DNA of 64,000 bases. It comes from Mytilus trossulus (taxonomy: Eukaryota). Position numbers and translations under genes: made by a program. Shown here piece by piece: positions 1-13,897 of this stretch (positions within the stretch are counted from its first letter, which is position 1; each line of letters starts with the position of its first letter). The notes beneath the pieces are model-generated. The model made no database searches. It saw only the letters and a program-made list of their open reading frames with translations, and was not told the DNA's origin. The DNA is taken from the NCBI RefSeq assembly GCF_036588685.1, contig NC_086381.1, positions 39,990,001-40,054,000 of the forward strand, in the 5' to 3' direction.

Positions 1-185
1 CTATCCCATGACATTTTGCTGTTTTGGTGAGTGGTTCTGAAAAATTAAATAAAACTTTTATCTTACAATGTCATTTGTAAATGTTGTTGATCAGCATAAT
101 TAATATAAAGCACATGGTCATGAAGGTACATGGTCAAATACGGATGCATGTTTTACAAAAAAATAAAGTTTGTTTAAAAATTAAA

Positions 186-570
186 AAAGAAGATGTGGTA
201 TAAAATTGAGAAAGGAAATGGTTAATGTGTCAAAGCGACAACCACCCGACCATAGAGCAGACAACAGCCGAAGGCCACCTATGGGTCTTCAATGTAGCGA
301 GAATTCCCGCATCCGTAGATGTCCTTTAGCTGGCCCCCAAAAAAATATGCATACTAGTACACTGATAATTGACGTCATACTAAACTCCGAATTATACACA
401 AGAAACTAAAATTAAAAAACATACAAGACTAACAAAGGCCAGATATGATTGTCAATGAGACAAATCTCCAAAAGAGACCAACAAAACACAGAAATTAACA
501 ACTATAGGTCACCATACGACCTTCAACAATGAGACAAAGCCAGTACCGCATAGTAAGCTATAAAAGGCCC
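186..570 (+). mobile_element. Nested dispersed repeats: one family (AAGATGTGGTAT...ATGATTGTCAATGAGAC...CTATAAAAGGCCC) interrupted by another (~200-445)
   Basis: The outer family recurs in reverse at ~60040-60180. The inner family (AAATTGAGAAAGGAAATGG...GACAACAGCCGAAGGCCACC) recurs in reverse at ~27640-27735. Confidence 0.6.
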
Positions 571-3500
571 TTGTCTAGATACGTGTCCGTAACACACAAA
601 TTGGTAAAAGGTGGAGTTCAATATAGACTGTGTCCGGTACAACAATCCAAAGTGAACAGAACTTGACAAAAATCTAAATAGTGTTTATGAAGTGTAACCC
701 TAAACAGACATAATAATTTACTTAACCTTATAGGACGTAAATGCGAAAGTAATGTCACCCACAGACCAACAGTTAAGTATGGGTCATTAGCACTTAACAT
801 GCTTAATGTTCGACGATATTAAATGGTGCACTGTAATTGAACAAATTTTAAACGGGTACGCTCAGGGTCAAATGTTTGGGAGGTCAATTACTTAAATTAC
901 ATCAAAACTAAGCCTATGGCATTAACTGAACGTAACATCATAAATCACCTCACGCGAGGGAATATTAAGTTTTGTACAATAATTCATATATATACTGAAA
1001 ATAACGGATGTATTTTTTTAACCGTCTACACGGTGACCCATTGAATAGGAGGCCCAGGCAGACATCTTATAATTTCGCAGTCATGGAATCGTTTTAACAG
1101 AGAAGACAGTGAATGATTTTAAAAGTTTTTGTCATTGTTTGTCCAAAAAGCAAAAAATATCAAGGGTAGACACGATCATCGAAAACATAAGTATCTTCAT
1201 AAAATCAAAATTGTGTTTAAAAAAAATCACTTTTCTCAAAACAACACGTGTTTCTATACTACTAATATTTGCATGTTCATGTAAATTAAAAACACGTTGT
1301 TTAAAGGTCAAACTGACCATGAAATTGATGTCAAGGTCAAATACCACCTGTCAAAAATATAAACAAACTTTAAAAAAAAATACGTCCATAAAACACTGGA
1401 CCTGATTCAACCAGTTGTTTTCCTTTGCAAAGAGCATATACTAGGTTGAAACATGCGTCAAATCCCAACGTTTTCAGAAATAATGATGTGTTTTCTTTTG
1501 TCCGTATACATGGTATAGATCCGTTTATATATCATGTATATGTTGAACACTGTAAACATTGTACATTAGTAAACCTATTTATATCATGAAACATTTAATT
1601 CTTTTTATTTTACGTAACAATTTATCTTTTTTTAGCACGTAAACATGGTAAATAGGTAACTTTGTGGTAACAGTGTGTGCTAGCTAATATATACCCCGAA
1701 TTAACTTATTCGCATCCTTGCTCATGTTTTTACTGCATACTAGTAGTTATATCAGCCCACATCCCTAACAAATGTTGAATGGTATACATGTTGTATACCA
1801 CTGGATCATCAACATAAATTCCGGCGGATTTGACATGATTAAATCATCGATAAAAACATGTTTTTGACAAACTGACATATATAATCAAAATATCAACTAG
1901 ATAACTAAGAGGCTGTATATTGTTACATTTGGTTTATTGATATCATTTTTAATGGAACCAAGCGGCATAACTCCTGAACGACAAACGTAATAACAAGAAA
2001 CAAAATATCTTCAAAATTTGAAGGAGAAAAAAAAGAAAGATTCTTAAGAATTGTAAGGACACAGCTGGACTCCCTCTCTCTCTCTTCCAGAACATTCACT
2101 TTTCGCATGACCACAAAACAATAACCAGAAAGTATAATACGTAGGAAGCCCGGTTAGTATGGACATAAAATTGTCAGACAAGATTAAAAAATCCCACGAG
2201 TTGAGGGAATATATATATATTTTTAGAGACGAATTGTTTAGCATGAGGTTTAGTATAGTCGTGCAGCGTATGGTCAAGTAATATCAACATGATCAATGTA
2301 ATACTAATATTGACAATTTCAGAGAGCAATTATTTAACATCAAGGGGGTTATGGTTGTAGTGAGAAAAATAAACACTATAAGGCATGGCATGTACACATG
2401 TATGGGGAAACTCTGAATTCAATATATTTTTTAATGTCATCTGCTTGACCAGATTTTTGTTGTTGATCAAATTGGGAATCAGATTATATCTTTTTAGAAA
2501 AAAACGTAAATCCCAGCTGCAACCACACCTTGAAATTAAATGGTCCTTCCTGAAGCAAAAACTAAGACAGACGAATTTTAAATATCTTTTTTGTAGAAAT
2601 CACTTGTTCATTCCAGTGTAAATAACACAATGATTTAGTTTCATGAACAAGATTGGAAACAGGCGCCCTGACTTGTTCAAATTAACACAATAAAATTACA
2701 CTTGACATAAACCATTTTGTAAACTAGAATTGAATCAAGCAATAACAGCTTTTTTCAGAGTCTGGTTCAGTCATTTTTAAAGAGGGTTCTAACAACACAT
2801 GTCCATTCAAAAGGGGTTCAAAAGACGAGATCTTCAATAAGGGGGGGGGGTCCAATCACGGCCCCTGGATCAGCCACTGATCAGTAACAACTTGCAGAAT
2901 TGGATTCAATTCTTGTTGTTGCAAAAATGGAGTGAACAGAGGTGGGACGTTTTTTGTCGATTTTTACTTCATTTTAGTCAATTTCAAAAGAAAAAGGGGG
3001 AGGGGGAGTCCGTATACTGAATCCGCCAATATACATAATCAAACTGAAACATAATGGAAATACATGTAACACCATAAACAAACCACAATGTGGGACAATG
3101 TCGGGACCTGTATTAGAGCACATGAATTTAAAAGCAGATTCAATTAATAGAATTACACATATCATCCTACCTCTAAGAACGTACCACAGTAATTTACCAA
3201 GGGTTCCTTTTTGTCAACTTTTGTTAGTTCTAGTGCTAAGATTGAAACGGTTTCGTTTGATCAGTTTTAAGAGTGTAAAGTTGACAGCTTTTGGTGTTCT
3301 CATAAACATGTAATTTGGAGGGAGGAGCTTGTAATCTGTACGAAAACGAATAATGCAGGCCCGTATATATACACGGAAAACAAATGTATTGTTAGACAGG
3401 AAGAAATATTTATCTTTATCCGTGTATTAGGTTTCCACCTAGTTTATGTTAAAATATTTCCTCGATCTCGATAAAATGCACATAGTTTTCTCCCTTTTCA

Positions 3501-5834
3501 CTTCCTTTCGAATATTCACGAATGTCCGTATGAGAAATCGACTTTACACTCAATGACTACATACATGTATATAATAAAGTAGACGAATTAAGGACAGTCT
3601 GGAGGATATTTAAACTCCAGTTCAGCCATATTGATATCTAAAATTATATAATACTAGACAAAGTCCAATGACCCGAGAATGCTTTTTGCACAGGTTCATT
3701 AAATGGAGCAAAGCATGCTCCACTTCCCCTCATTATTATCGGTCAACATTACATTATCATTCAACACACATACTATAATTATTATTGGTAATAATTCTGT
3801 TTATTTCTAGGTTTCATCACAAACATTTCCGGGTTTGCCTTGACAATGTGTTCATCGATGACAAATAATTATTGATCCGACACATATTCACACATTTAAC
3901 ACACTACACTATGTGTAAATAAGAATATTAGTTATGACATTGTAATTATAAATAAACAATTTACCTGAAAGTAGCTATAAACTTACCAAATTGGTCAAAA
4001 ACTGCGTTTCAAGATGGACAGATACGTGTACACACCAACCCTACCTAACTACACATGTGAGACGGAAGTTCAAGTTTAATACGATTTGCTGGCCGTATCG
4101 GTTGAATGATTTGTTCAAATAAAACCGGAGATTTAAATTCTTTTATATCCGACGCAACGAATAATTGATGAAATATCCTGTCTGTATGCAATTTAAAATT
4201 TAAATATTTTTTCAGTATTTTTGTAAAAGATGAAAGGTAAAGTTATGTTATCTTATACGTATATTTGATATATATTTTTAACCTTCACTTGTACACAAAA
4301 GGATTTAAAACATACAAATACAGGATACCGCCATTTGACTATTTGAGGGACAAAAAAGGGAATTTGAGTGATCAGTTATGCATCGTTCATGGACCACTGG
4401 AGGATATCTGAAGAAAACTACGATGAGTGCTGCTGTCTTTTTCCATATATATATTCACAGGTATCATCGATCGATACAAATCAATAAAAATGTATATTTA
4501 AATATGGTATGATTAAATTTTACGGTAAATTTGGTCGTGTATCATTTAAATATAGGGTCAAGGGTTAACAATGTATGAGCCAGTAATTACACTGATGATC
4601 CAATTCTGTCGGAATTTAATAAAAAAAAAAAAAAAGAAAATGAATCAGGATTAAATGAGAAATTTTATCAGTGTAAAATCCAAACGAAAGGACTGTACTG
4701 GAAACATACAAAAAAACTAATGTTACAATTAACAATTGATTTTTTTAAAAATTAATGCAAGCCGCGGACAACATTCTTCTTACATTGTCACGGGGTGTGA
4801 TGAGAACTGAAGGAAATACTTTTACTGCTATAATCATACTTTCTCATTTTAGTTTTTTCTAAAGTAGAAAGCATTTGTCCTATGTATACGCAAATAGAAA
4901 CATGCACGTTAACTCTAAGGAGTCACTTTTTGATTTTATTCCAAAGCGGCATAAAACTATGATCTATCGATGTATATGTTTCGTTGATATTCGCACCATG
5001 TATAGCGTTAATAGAAGATGGTATATTCGACCATTGGTACTTTTCCCTCAAACTTTGTACGCATTGTTTTAACGACAAATAATGAGGTCAGTGTGCAATG
5101 CTGTAGACTATGATTTCATTTAGCAATTATTTCAATTTTTCACATCGGAATAAGGAACGAAACCGAATACATGTTATCTTGGGAATAAGCGGGAAATATC
5201 TAGGGTGTTTTTTGTATTTTGTTTTGTTTCTTTGTTCAAATTGTTTATATCTTTTATTGTTGTGTTTTAAGGGGGGGGGGGGGGGGGGGTAAATGGTTTA
5301 TATCTTTTGTTATTGTTGTTGTGTTATGCTACAGAAGATGACTGATTAAATTAGTTGTAAGGCAATATTAAGTCACCTCTCTTCCTCCTTACGCTATAAT
5401 ATCGTTCTTATACAGGAAAATAACATAGATTATACTTATTCATAGCATATACATTCATTGTGGCTTATTATGACCATTTTAGGTAAATTGTCAAGTTGTT
5501 GATCATTCATGTGTAAATCCTATTCTTATACTCAAGACGAATAATAATTATATGTAGATGATCGTATGTGAGTGCTTGGTGATATATGGTGTAAACATTC
5601 TTAACGGAAACGCCTCTAATATTAATTTCGGCTTGAAAAACGTTCGGAAAGAAAAATACTTTAAAATTCTATTTTTGTTTTTGCATTGCTAGTCTTTAAA
5701 TTCACAAATAAGAGTTACAAAAAGGTGAGCCAGTTTAATTTTATTTTGATATTTGTTCCTGGTTCATTTCAATATAGACCATATAAACAAAACAAATACA
5801 CATGTTATGTATCAGGAGGTTGATGATGCTGTTT

Positions 5835-5981
5835 CAGTGGCGGATCCAAGGGGGGGGGGGGGGGTCCGGGGATTGGAACCCCTTTTTTTAACGATCAATG
5901 CATTTGAATGGGAGCATATAGTTGGACCCCCCTTTTATTCTGGGTTGGGCCCCCCTTTTTAAATGGCTGGATCCGCCCCTG
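5835..5981. mobile_element. MITE with TIRs CAGTGGCGGATCCA / TGGATCCGCCCCTG
   Basis: Terminal inverted repeats, flanked by a 5-bp direct repeat TGTTT. Related copies at ~2755-2879, 12047-12189, 17354-17500 and 45169-45333. Confidence 0.75.
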
Positions 5982-6534
5982 TGTTTGTTGTACAGTACAA
6001 CGTTTGTGAGATTGTCTTTTGGCTATGTAGCTATATATAGAGGTGCTTTAAATCTGTGATAAATATAGTCAATTAAAACAAAAGCACTGAACTTTAACAA
6101 GGCAAAATTGACTTGCAAAATTGTTAGAAATAAAGTTTACAAACAAAAGTTAGTTCTATACTTATAATAAATCATCAAAAGTCATACAGTTATATTCTGA
6201 AAAGAAAAGAAAAACGACCATTTTTCATTGAAGTTGCTTCATTTGTTGTATAAAGTAAAAGTGACCGTAAACCTCACTAGCATATACACACTGTGGACCT
6301 GAGCGCAGATTCGTAGTTGGTATCGTATCGTCAAACGGTGTTATTTTTCTCAACAAGGAGCTGGAATTATACTTCAGTTCACACTGAACCTATATATACG
6401 GGTATAATATGTTATTTATCAATGTAACCGAAATTATATGAAATTGCTAACTCCCGAAACGATTCACTGTCATGAGATGACAATTTCTAAACAATTTAAA
6501 CGTTTTGCGAAAACTTTCCATAGATAGTCCAAAT

Positions 6535-9085
6535 CTGATCACCAAGACAAGGTATACAAACAAGTCACTATCGAAACTGATCACCAAGACAAGGTAAACA
6601 AACAAGTCACATCCGAAACTAATTACCAAGACAAGGTATACAAACAAGTCACTATCGAAACTGATCATCAAGACCAGGTATACAAACAAGTCACTATCGA
6701 AACTGATCACCTAGACAAGGTATACCAACAAGTCACCATCGAAACTGATCACCAAGACAAGGTATACAAACAAGTCACATCCGAAACTAATCACCAAGAC
6801 AAGGTATACAAACAAGTCACTATCGAAACTGATCACCAAGACAAGGTATACAAACAAGTCACTTCCGAAACTGATCACCAAAACAAGGTTTACCGAAACT
6901 GATCATCAAGACAAGGTATACAAACAAGTCACTATCGAAACTGATCATCAAGACCAGGTATACAAACAAGTCACTATTGAAACTGATCACCAAGACCAGG
7001 GATACAAACAAGTCACATCCGAAACTAATCACCAAGACAAGGTATACAAACAAGTCACTACCGAAACTGATCACCAAGACAAGGTATACAAACAAGTCAC
7101 TATCGAAACTAATCACCAAGACAAGGTGTACAAACAAGTCACTATCGAAACTGATCACCAAGACAAGGTATACAAACAAGTCACTATCGAAACTAATCAC
7201 CAAGACAAGATATACAAACAAATCACTACCGAAACTAATCACCAAGACAAGGTATACAAACAAGTCACTATCGAAACTGATCATCAAGACCAGGGATACA
7301 AACAAGTCACTTCCGTAGCTGATCACCAAGACAAGGTATACAAACAAGTCACTATCGAAACTAATCACCAAGACAAGATATACAAACAAGTCACTACCGA
7401 AACTCATCACCAAGACAAGGTATACAAACAAGTCACTATCGAAACTGATCATCAAGACCAGAAATACAAACAAGTCACTACCGAAACTAATCACCAAGAC
7501 AAGGTATACAAACAAGTCACTATCGAAACTAATCACCACGACAAGATATACAAACAAGTCACTACCGAAACTAATCACCAAGACAAGGTATACAAACAAG
7601 TCACTATCGAAACTGATCATCAAGACCAGGGATACAAACAAGTCACTTCCGTATCTGATCACCAAGACAAGTTATACAAACAAATCACTAACGAAACTGA
7701 TCACCAAGACAAGGTATACAAACAAGTCACTATCGAAACTAATCACCAAGACAAGGTATACAAACAAGTCACTATCGAAACTAATCACCAAGACAAGGTA
7801 TACAAACAAGTCACTATCGAAACTGATCACCAAGACAAGGTATACAAACAAGTCACATCCGAAACTGATCACCAAGACAAGGTATACAAACAAGTCACTT
7901 TCGAAACTGATCACCAAGACAAGGTATACAAACAAGTCACATCCGAAGCTGATTATCAAGACAAGATATACAAACAAGTCACTTCCGAAACTGATCATCA
8001 AGACCAGGGATACAAACAAGTCACTTCCGAAGCTGATCAACAAGACAAGTTATACAAACAAGTCACTAACGAAACTGATCACCAAGACAAGGTATACAAA
8101 CAAGTCACTATCGAAACTAATCACCAAGACAAGTTATACAAACAAGTCACTATCGAAACTGATCACCAAGACAAGGTATACAAACAAGTCACTATCGAAA
8201 CTGATCACCAAGACAAGGTATACAAACAAGTCACTATCGAAACTGATCACAAAGACAAGGTATACAAACAAGTCACTAACGAAACTGATCACCAAGACAA
8301 GGTATACAAACAAGTCACTATCGAAACTGATCACCAAGACAAGGTATACAAACAAGTCACTAACAAAACTAATCACCAAGACAAGGTATACAAACAAGTC
8401 ACTATCGAAACTGATCACCAAGACAAGGTATACAAACAAGTCACATTCGAAACTGATCACCAAGACAAGGTACACAAACAAGTCACTATCGAAACTGATC
8501 ACCAAGACAAGGTATACAAACAAGTCACTATCGAAACTGATCACCAAGACAAGGTATACAAACAAGTCACTATCGAAACTGATCACCAAGACAAGGTATA
8601 CAAACAAGTCACTATCGAAACTGATCAGAAAGACAAGGTATACAAACAAGTCACTAACGAAACTGATCACCAAGACAAGGTATACAAACAAGTCACTATC
8701 GAAACTGATCACCAAGACAAGGTATACAAACAAGTCACTAACAAAACTAATCACCAAGACAAGGTATACAAACAAGTCACTATCGAAACTGATCACCAAG
8801 ACAAGGTATACAAACAAGTCACATTCGAAACTGATCACCAAGACAAGGTATACAAACAAGTCACTATCGAGACTAATCACCAAGACAAGGTATACAAACA
8901 AGTCACTATCGAAACTAATCACCAAGACAAGGTATACAAACAAGTCACTACCGAAACTAATCACCAAGACAAGGTATACAAACAAGTCACTACCGAGACA
9001 AGGTATACAAACAAGTCACTACCGAAACTTATCACCAAGACAAGGTATACAAACAAGTCACTATCGAAACTGATCACCAAGACAA
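6535..9085. repeat. 42-bp minisatellite, ~60 copies (GAAACTGATCACCAAGACAAGGTATACAAACAAGTCACTATC)
   Basis: Directly visible tandem array. It produces the repetitive ORFs on both strands. Confidence 0.97.
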
Positions 9086-9234
9086 TTAATTTACTTAATT
9101 TGAATTTATTATCGTTAATGAGTATATGTGCACCCATAATTTTGGTTCAAACATTAAGAGTTACGCACTTAAAACAATGAAACCAAATTTATTCAAACTC
9201 GATTACATGACTTAATGACCCATAAACGTTTCGG

Positions 9235-9565
9235 TTCTCTCGTGGCAGCGGGTTCGCATCGAGTGCGGGATGTCGTGGATTCGAACTCTGGTCTCACCAA
9301 ACATTTTAAAATTGGTAATAACTACAGATCCGCTAAGCACGCGACATTGAGGAGTATGATATAAAATAGGTCCTATCGGAATCCGTGTATACGTAGGGTG
9401 ACATGTCTTCCTATAGAATGTTACCCTGTTAACTACCACTTAAATTATCTGGAACATCTTGTTATTCTAGTATAAAGCAGATTTAATATTCATATTGCAT
9501 TACATGTTCTCGTCCTGAATTTTTATTAAATTTACCACTAGACGTTAAACTGCCATCAATCATCA
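9235..9565 (+). mobile_element. Degenerate tRNA-derived SINE with Meta-type central domain (MetaSINE-like)
   Basis: B-box-like GGATTCGAACTC, core TCCGCTAAGCACGC...GTGACATGTCT...TCTAGTATAAAGCAGA, and 3' end CCACTAGACGTTAA...CAATCATC. A 3' fragment recurs at ~14495-14540. Confidence 0.6.
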
Positions 9566-10736
9566 TCTTTTAAGATCCAGCGTGATTTAGATCTCAGCCA
9601 GGGTCTATTGTTGAAGATATGAGAATTTTCACCGAAGAAAAATTGGACCAATACAACTCAGACCAGTTTTAAGACAACTCTGTTTTGAGAAGGGGACTTT
9701 TTTTTGTTGTTAAATCTGAATTCATCAAATTGTCTTATTAAGTACTTAGTCTAGATCTAATAAACTCAAAGATTGAAAAGAAAAAAATAATTTTGATAAT
9801 ACATACATAAAACTATAATCATAAACTATCATCTAATCAAACAATTCTGTCTTTGATGTTAGATATATATAAAGATAAGTAGATTTTTAGTGCTATGTCA
9901 ATAATTGTTTATCTAAAATAGATTGTTGAATACTCACTGTGTTTATATGTTGGAGTAAAAATGCACGTGTAGCAGATTGGAAAGAAAGTTCATTTCTTGA
10001 ACCTCAACGGAAACGATTTATATGTGAAAAATTAATTATTATTTTTATTGTTTGACCTTATAATAGAAAACCTATATGATATGCTTCTAATTAGGCAAAC
10101 ACAGTTTTTTGAATTGATCCTGTTTCGTGCCCCTATATCTAACCAAAATATTCATGCATACCATAAATAATTTATGGAGATATTTTGCTAAATACTGTTA
10201 AAACTAAAGTATTAATTTGCCTTCATAAGAAATGTAAAAACAAAGATCTTTGCGTTCCGAAAATTGAGAAAAAATTAGGAACTGTAAACGTTGTTTTTTT
10301 CTTCCACATAATAAAATAGAAAAGTTTACTGTTCATTCTTTCATTTTATAAAATTAAATTATCACACCCATGTTTAAAGGCAAATGTTGACAACTGGTTC
10401 AATAAATAAGACACTTTTCTCTTTATGTAAAAGTACTACTATATCAAGATAACACCATATTTATGGTCACAGTGAAATATAAATTTCGTTTCCTTGCGGC
10501 CTACAGAGATTATAGCTTCTATAGTAGATATTTACATGTATAATAACATAAATGGTGCCAGTATTACTGGACGAGATCCATCAGATGCGCATTTTGAAAT
10601 CTCCACTCGAAGTCAAACTATTTGAAAGTCCAAAACCTAATACAAACATTGAAGAGCTGAAATACAAAAAAGCAATAAAAGTAAATCCAAACCAGAGATA
10701 AATGCACGAGGGAGATACATTCTGTAACTTCTTTTT

Positions 10737-11014
10737 TTACAACCGATTGAATTTGGTGTGTAGAGAAAGGTTATATTGTTGTCTAGCCTGCTTGCTAGCT
10801 GAACCATGGATACATTGTTATGTTAGGTAAACCATCCTTCTATTAGAGTAGACTAGTCCGACATAACCATTCTATCTGTCTGATGGACTAGGCTACGCCG
10901 AAAGGAGGGTAGTAAACCTTACCTAGCAATGACTTCATGATTCAGCTAACAAGCAAGCTAACCAAAGATATTACCTTTAACTTCACATGTTCACTCAATG
11001 CAATCGGCTGTAAA
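10737..11014. mobile_element. Foldback-type MITE with long imperfect inverted repeats
   Basis: TTTACAACCGATTG ... CAATCGGCTGTAAA termini. Internal arms are complementary (GCTTGCTAGCTGAACCATG / CATGATTCAGCTAACAAGC and GTAGACTAGTCC / GGACTAGGCTAC). Confidence 0.65.
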
Positions 11015-11395
11015 TGATGATGTTGTTTTGATTTAATCCTTCTGTCATATCAATTATTGGCGTATCCACCACATTTCCTTACTTTCATATCTTTTGCATG
11101 GTAGTGTAACTTTAAATTACTAGTTTTTAAATCGAAATTTCATTTGACAAATTAAAGAAAACCCATAACCAACTGCACCTGATGCAAGGAAGCATTTAAT
11201 TTCTGCATGCTTCAAAGCGACGAATTCATTTTGCAAGAGGAACTATGAATAAAGATATCATGTTTAATATTTTATTTATATAATAAATAGAACTAGAATA
11301 TCGAAGTCAGTTATGCACCTCTTTTATAACATTTTTCAACTTCCAAAAGGAACAGTTTGTCGTGATGCGTAGATAACTTTAAATAATTCATTAGT

Positions 11396-11806
11396 TTATC
11401 TGCCTACAGATTCCAGGTATTCTGCTATTTTGGAAACCGCTTCGTTGACAATGCCTTGTGAACCTCCTTCTTTTGTGTGGCCAATCACTATACCTGATTT
11501 AGAACTTTGTAATGTAAGTCCACCATTGTCTTTCTTTTTAGCAAGGACAATTTTTTTATCCATTTCTCTTAAAAATTGATATTTGACTCCACCAACGACT
11601 ACTCCGCTACTCGAAAGTGAAGAGAAATCGCCAGATTTAAGCACTTTTCCAATATTAACAGCTTCCTTTGCAGTAATCTTGAGGGCATTCTTATGGCCAT
11701 CTGTTGTCCATTTTGAACCATCGAGTCCTATAATACAAGCCTTGTCTGCATTCGATTTAGAGCGTTCTATTAAATTATCTATATAACTATCCCATGCAGC
11801 CGACAT
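11396..11806 (-). CDS. PFN: Profilin (136 aa), single coding exon
   Basis: MSAAWDSYIDNL...CIIGLDGSKWT...GVVVGGVKYQFLR...IVIGHTKEG..QG.VNEAVSKIAEYLESVG is a typical invertebrate profilin. Splice acceptor (TTTTTTTCCAG) 10 nt upstream of ATG. AATAAA at 11271-11276. Confidence 0.95.
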   Translation of the reverse strand: MSAAWDSYIDNLIERSKSNADKACIIGLDGSKWTTDGHKNALKITAKEAVNIGKVLKSGDFSSLSSSGVVVGGVKYQFLREMDKKIVLAKKKDNGGLTLQSSKSGIVIGHTKEGGSQGIVNEAVSKIAEYLESVGR

Positions 11807-12635
11807 TTTATCTTGACTGGAAAAAAGTTCCTAAAAATAAAATGTCTCATTATTATATTTCAAGTCATTACTATCAACTGTGATTGGCTCGACTTCAATC
11901 TTAATTTCCTAGAATGTAACGTTCGTTTTCTATCGAAGGTCGGTGGTGCCTCCACCAAGAAAATAGCACTGAAAGTGGCGTTTAATACCAATCAACTGTT
12001 TGTTAACTGATGTACTTTTGAAAATTTCACAAGACTAACTTCTGTCCCATTGGTGGATCCAGGACAGGTGTTCTTGTGGTTGGAACCCCTCTTTTTGTTT
12101 GGCAACCAATGATTTTGTATGGGTACATGTGATAAGAACCCCCCCCCCCCCTTTTTTATATGACTTGAATGTGTCTTGATCCGCACATGTATCCACGTTG
12201 GCTTAATGTATTTGTGATATATATGTTTTTTAGCCAGAATAATATATATTTTAATAATCTAGCTTTTTCACCATTTAAAAATCTGGTTCATTTACATCTT
12301 TGTAATTTAATAGAAGACAAAACAGGATATGCATACCGTTAGTGAATGTACTTTTTAACAATAAATTACAAATTCTAAATTATTCGTTTACCCACTTACA
12401 TATTGAATTTTATTTTGCTAGACATTTATTTGAAAAAAGTTATATCAAAATAAACAGAAAAATACGTTTTCTCCACCTGAAAATTCGACAAAAAGTATAA
12501 TATAAGAAATTATAGTAATAAAAATAAACTTTAAAATATTATACCACATCTCAATATAAGTGACTTGTAATCCGAGGTGTTTTCGGGAATGATTGATAGA
12601 CTATTCGTTGTTTCTCACCGCCTTATAACAAAACA

Positions 12636-12723
12636 ACAGGCACTTGTCTCAAAAAATATTTTCCTATATACCTTAATATATTTAAGGTATATAGGAATAT
12701 TTTTTTTTGAGACAAGTGCCTGT
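12636..12723. repeat. ~88-bp near-perfect palindrome (probably collapsed MITE)
   Basis: ACAGGCACTTGTCTCAAAAAA...CCTATATACCTTAA tatat TTAAGGTATATAGG...TTTTTTGAGACAAGTGCCTGT. Confidence 0.8.
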
Positions 12724-13813
12724 GAACAAAACATGCTTTATCGGAACGAGAGCTACTTCATGTTTTTTTAAAGAAAATGTTCCATTGCTTAACAGTCAGC
12801 TACAGCTGTTGTAAATAGTATGCTTGCTACTCAACAATTCTTATTTTGCTCATGTGACTAGAGTTGAGATTAACGCAATAATCTGTTGTTTATTGTATGC
12901 GTTCTAATGCCGCCATACGAGCAGCCGGACCTTAGCACAATAGGTGTATGCATCCTAAAAGCGCCTTACAAACTGACTATTTGATGTACAACAGAAAAAA
13001 TAGATTCAACCACTGTTGAACTTGCATAAGTGTAGTGTTTGAATTATGTCTTGCATTTTTACTCAATTCAGGCATACCAATATTCGATTTTGCGAAAAGC
13101 ATAGCTAAACTTCCAATACCGCCTCATTTAGAGATATCTTATCATAAAAATTGAAATATGAGTACAACAGTCTTTTATTAAAGTTCATGCTATATTACAA
13201 TTGAAAATGTCTTATTTGAAAAATAAAAACCGGTTAATTTGAAAATGACAGTATATATTATAAAATAGATTTATGTTGTGTTTTGGATTAAACTATGTGA
13301 AATAGTAACCAAGATCGGAGACATGCCCAACATCGTGCCTATGGTTAATCGTTTATAATGAAACTTTGTATAGATAGTCGTTTGTTCACCTTTCAAAATT
13401 GATTTTTCAATGATTATGATTTCCATCACATATTTTTCAGAAATACGATTTGTAATTTTGCTAAGTGTTCAATAATAATTGAGGCGATTTTAGAAATTTT
13501 GCTATTTTTACCCCATCATCAAAGTTTGTAGGCTTAGGTGCTGTAAAAATACAAGACATAATTCTAACAGGTTATTCCAATTTATTGCAATTCGATATTT
13601 AATGATCACGAATGATGCTATTTGATAGAACTTTAATAATTTGTGTCAGAAATTACAGCAAAAACAACTTTTAAAATACCTTCAATATACTCATTGGAAG
13701 ACAATTTCTTTTTAAATATATTTGACAAGTTTGGAACATTTCACATGCAACGGCAAAAACAATTAAATATGCTATTTTAAATTCAAATTAAACAATTTTA
13801 AATACGTACTTAC

Positions 13814-13897
13814 AATAAATAATGATTAGAAACAGCTGCAATATGGACCTTACTTTCCTCAGCTTGCCTAGTAAGATATGTTAGTCTCTTAAATATA
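13814..13897 (-). promoter_or_regulatory. Candidate profilin promoter / non-coding first exon
   Basis: TATATTTAA at 13889-13897 followed by a GTAAGT donor at 13813-13808 (minus strand). The profilin exon needs an upstream exon. Not verifiable from sequence alone. Confidence 0.3.

Noticed and set aside
3960-4075. Possible first exon/promoter of a minus-strand gene running off the left end (GTAAGT donor, ETS-like CGGAAGT)
   Set aside because: No supporting coding exon found in 1-4000; the motifs are too short.
6535-9085. CRISPR-like array
   Set aside because: No unique spacers; contiguous tandem units in eukaryotic DNA.
6447-9180. Long ORFs 7126-9180 (+) and 6859-8985 (-) as protein genes
   Set aside because: By-products of a 42-bp (multiple-of-three) tandem repeat; no gene context.
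10540-10725. Family A-like fragment
   Set aside because: Homologous spacer visible but the catalytic core is deleted; not a functional ribozyme.
11583-11786. Antisense ORFs overlapping profilin, Ig and kelch exons
   Set aside because: Shadow ORFs of real coding exons on the opposite strand.
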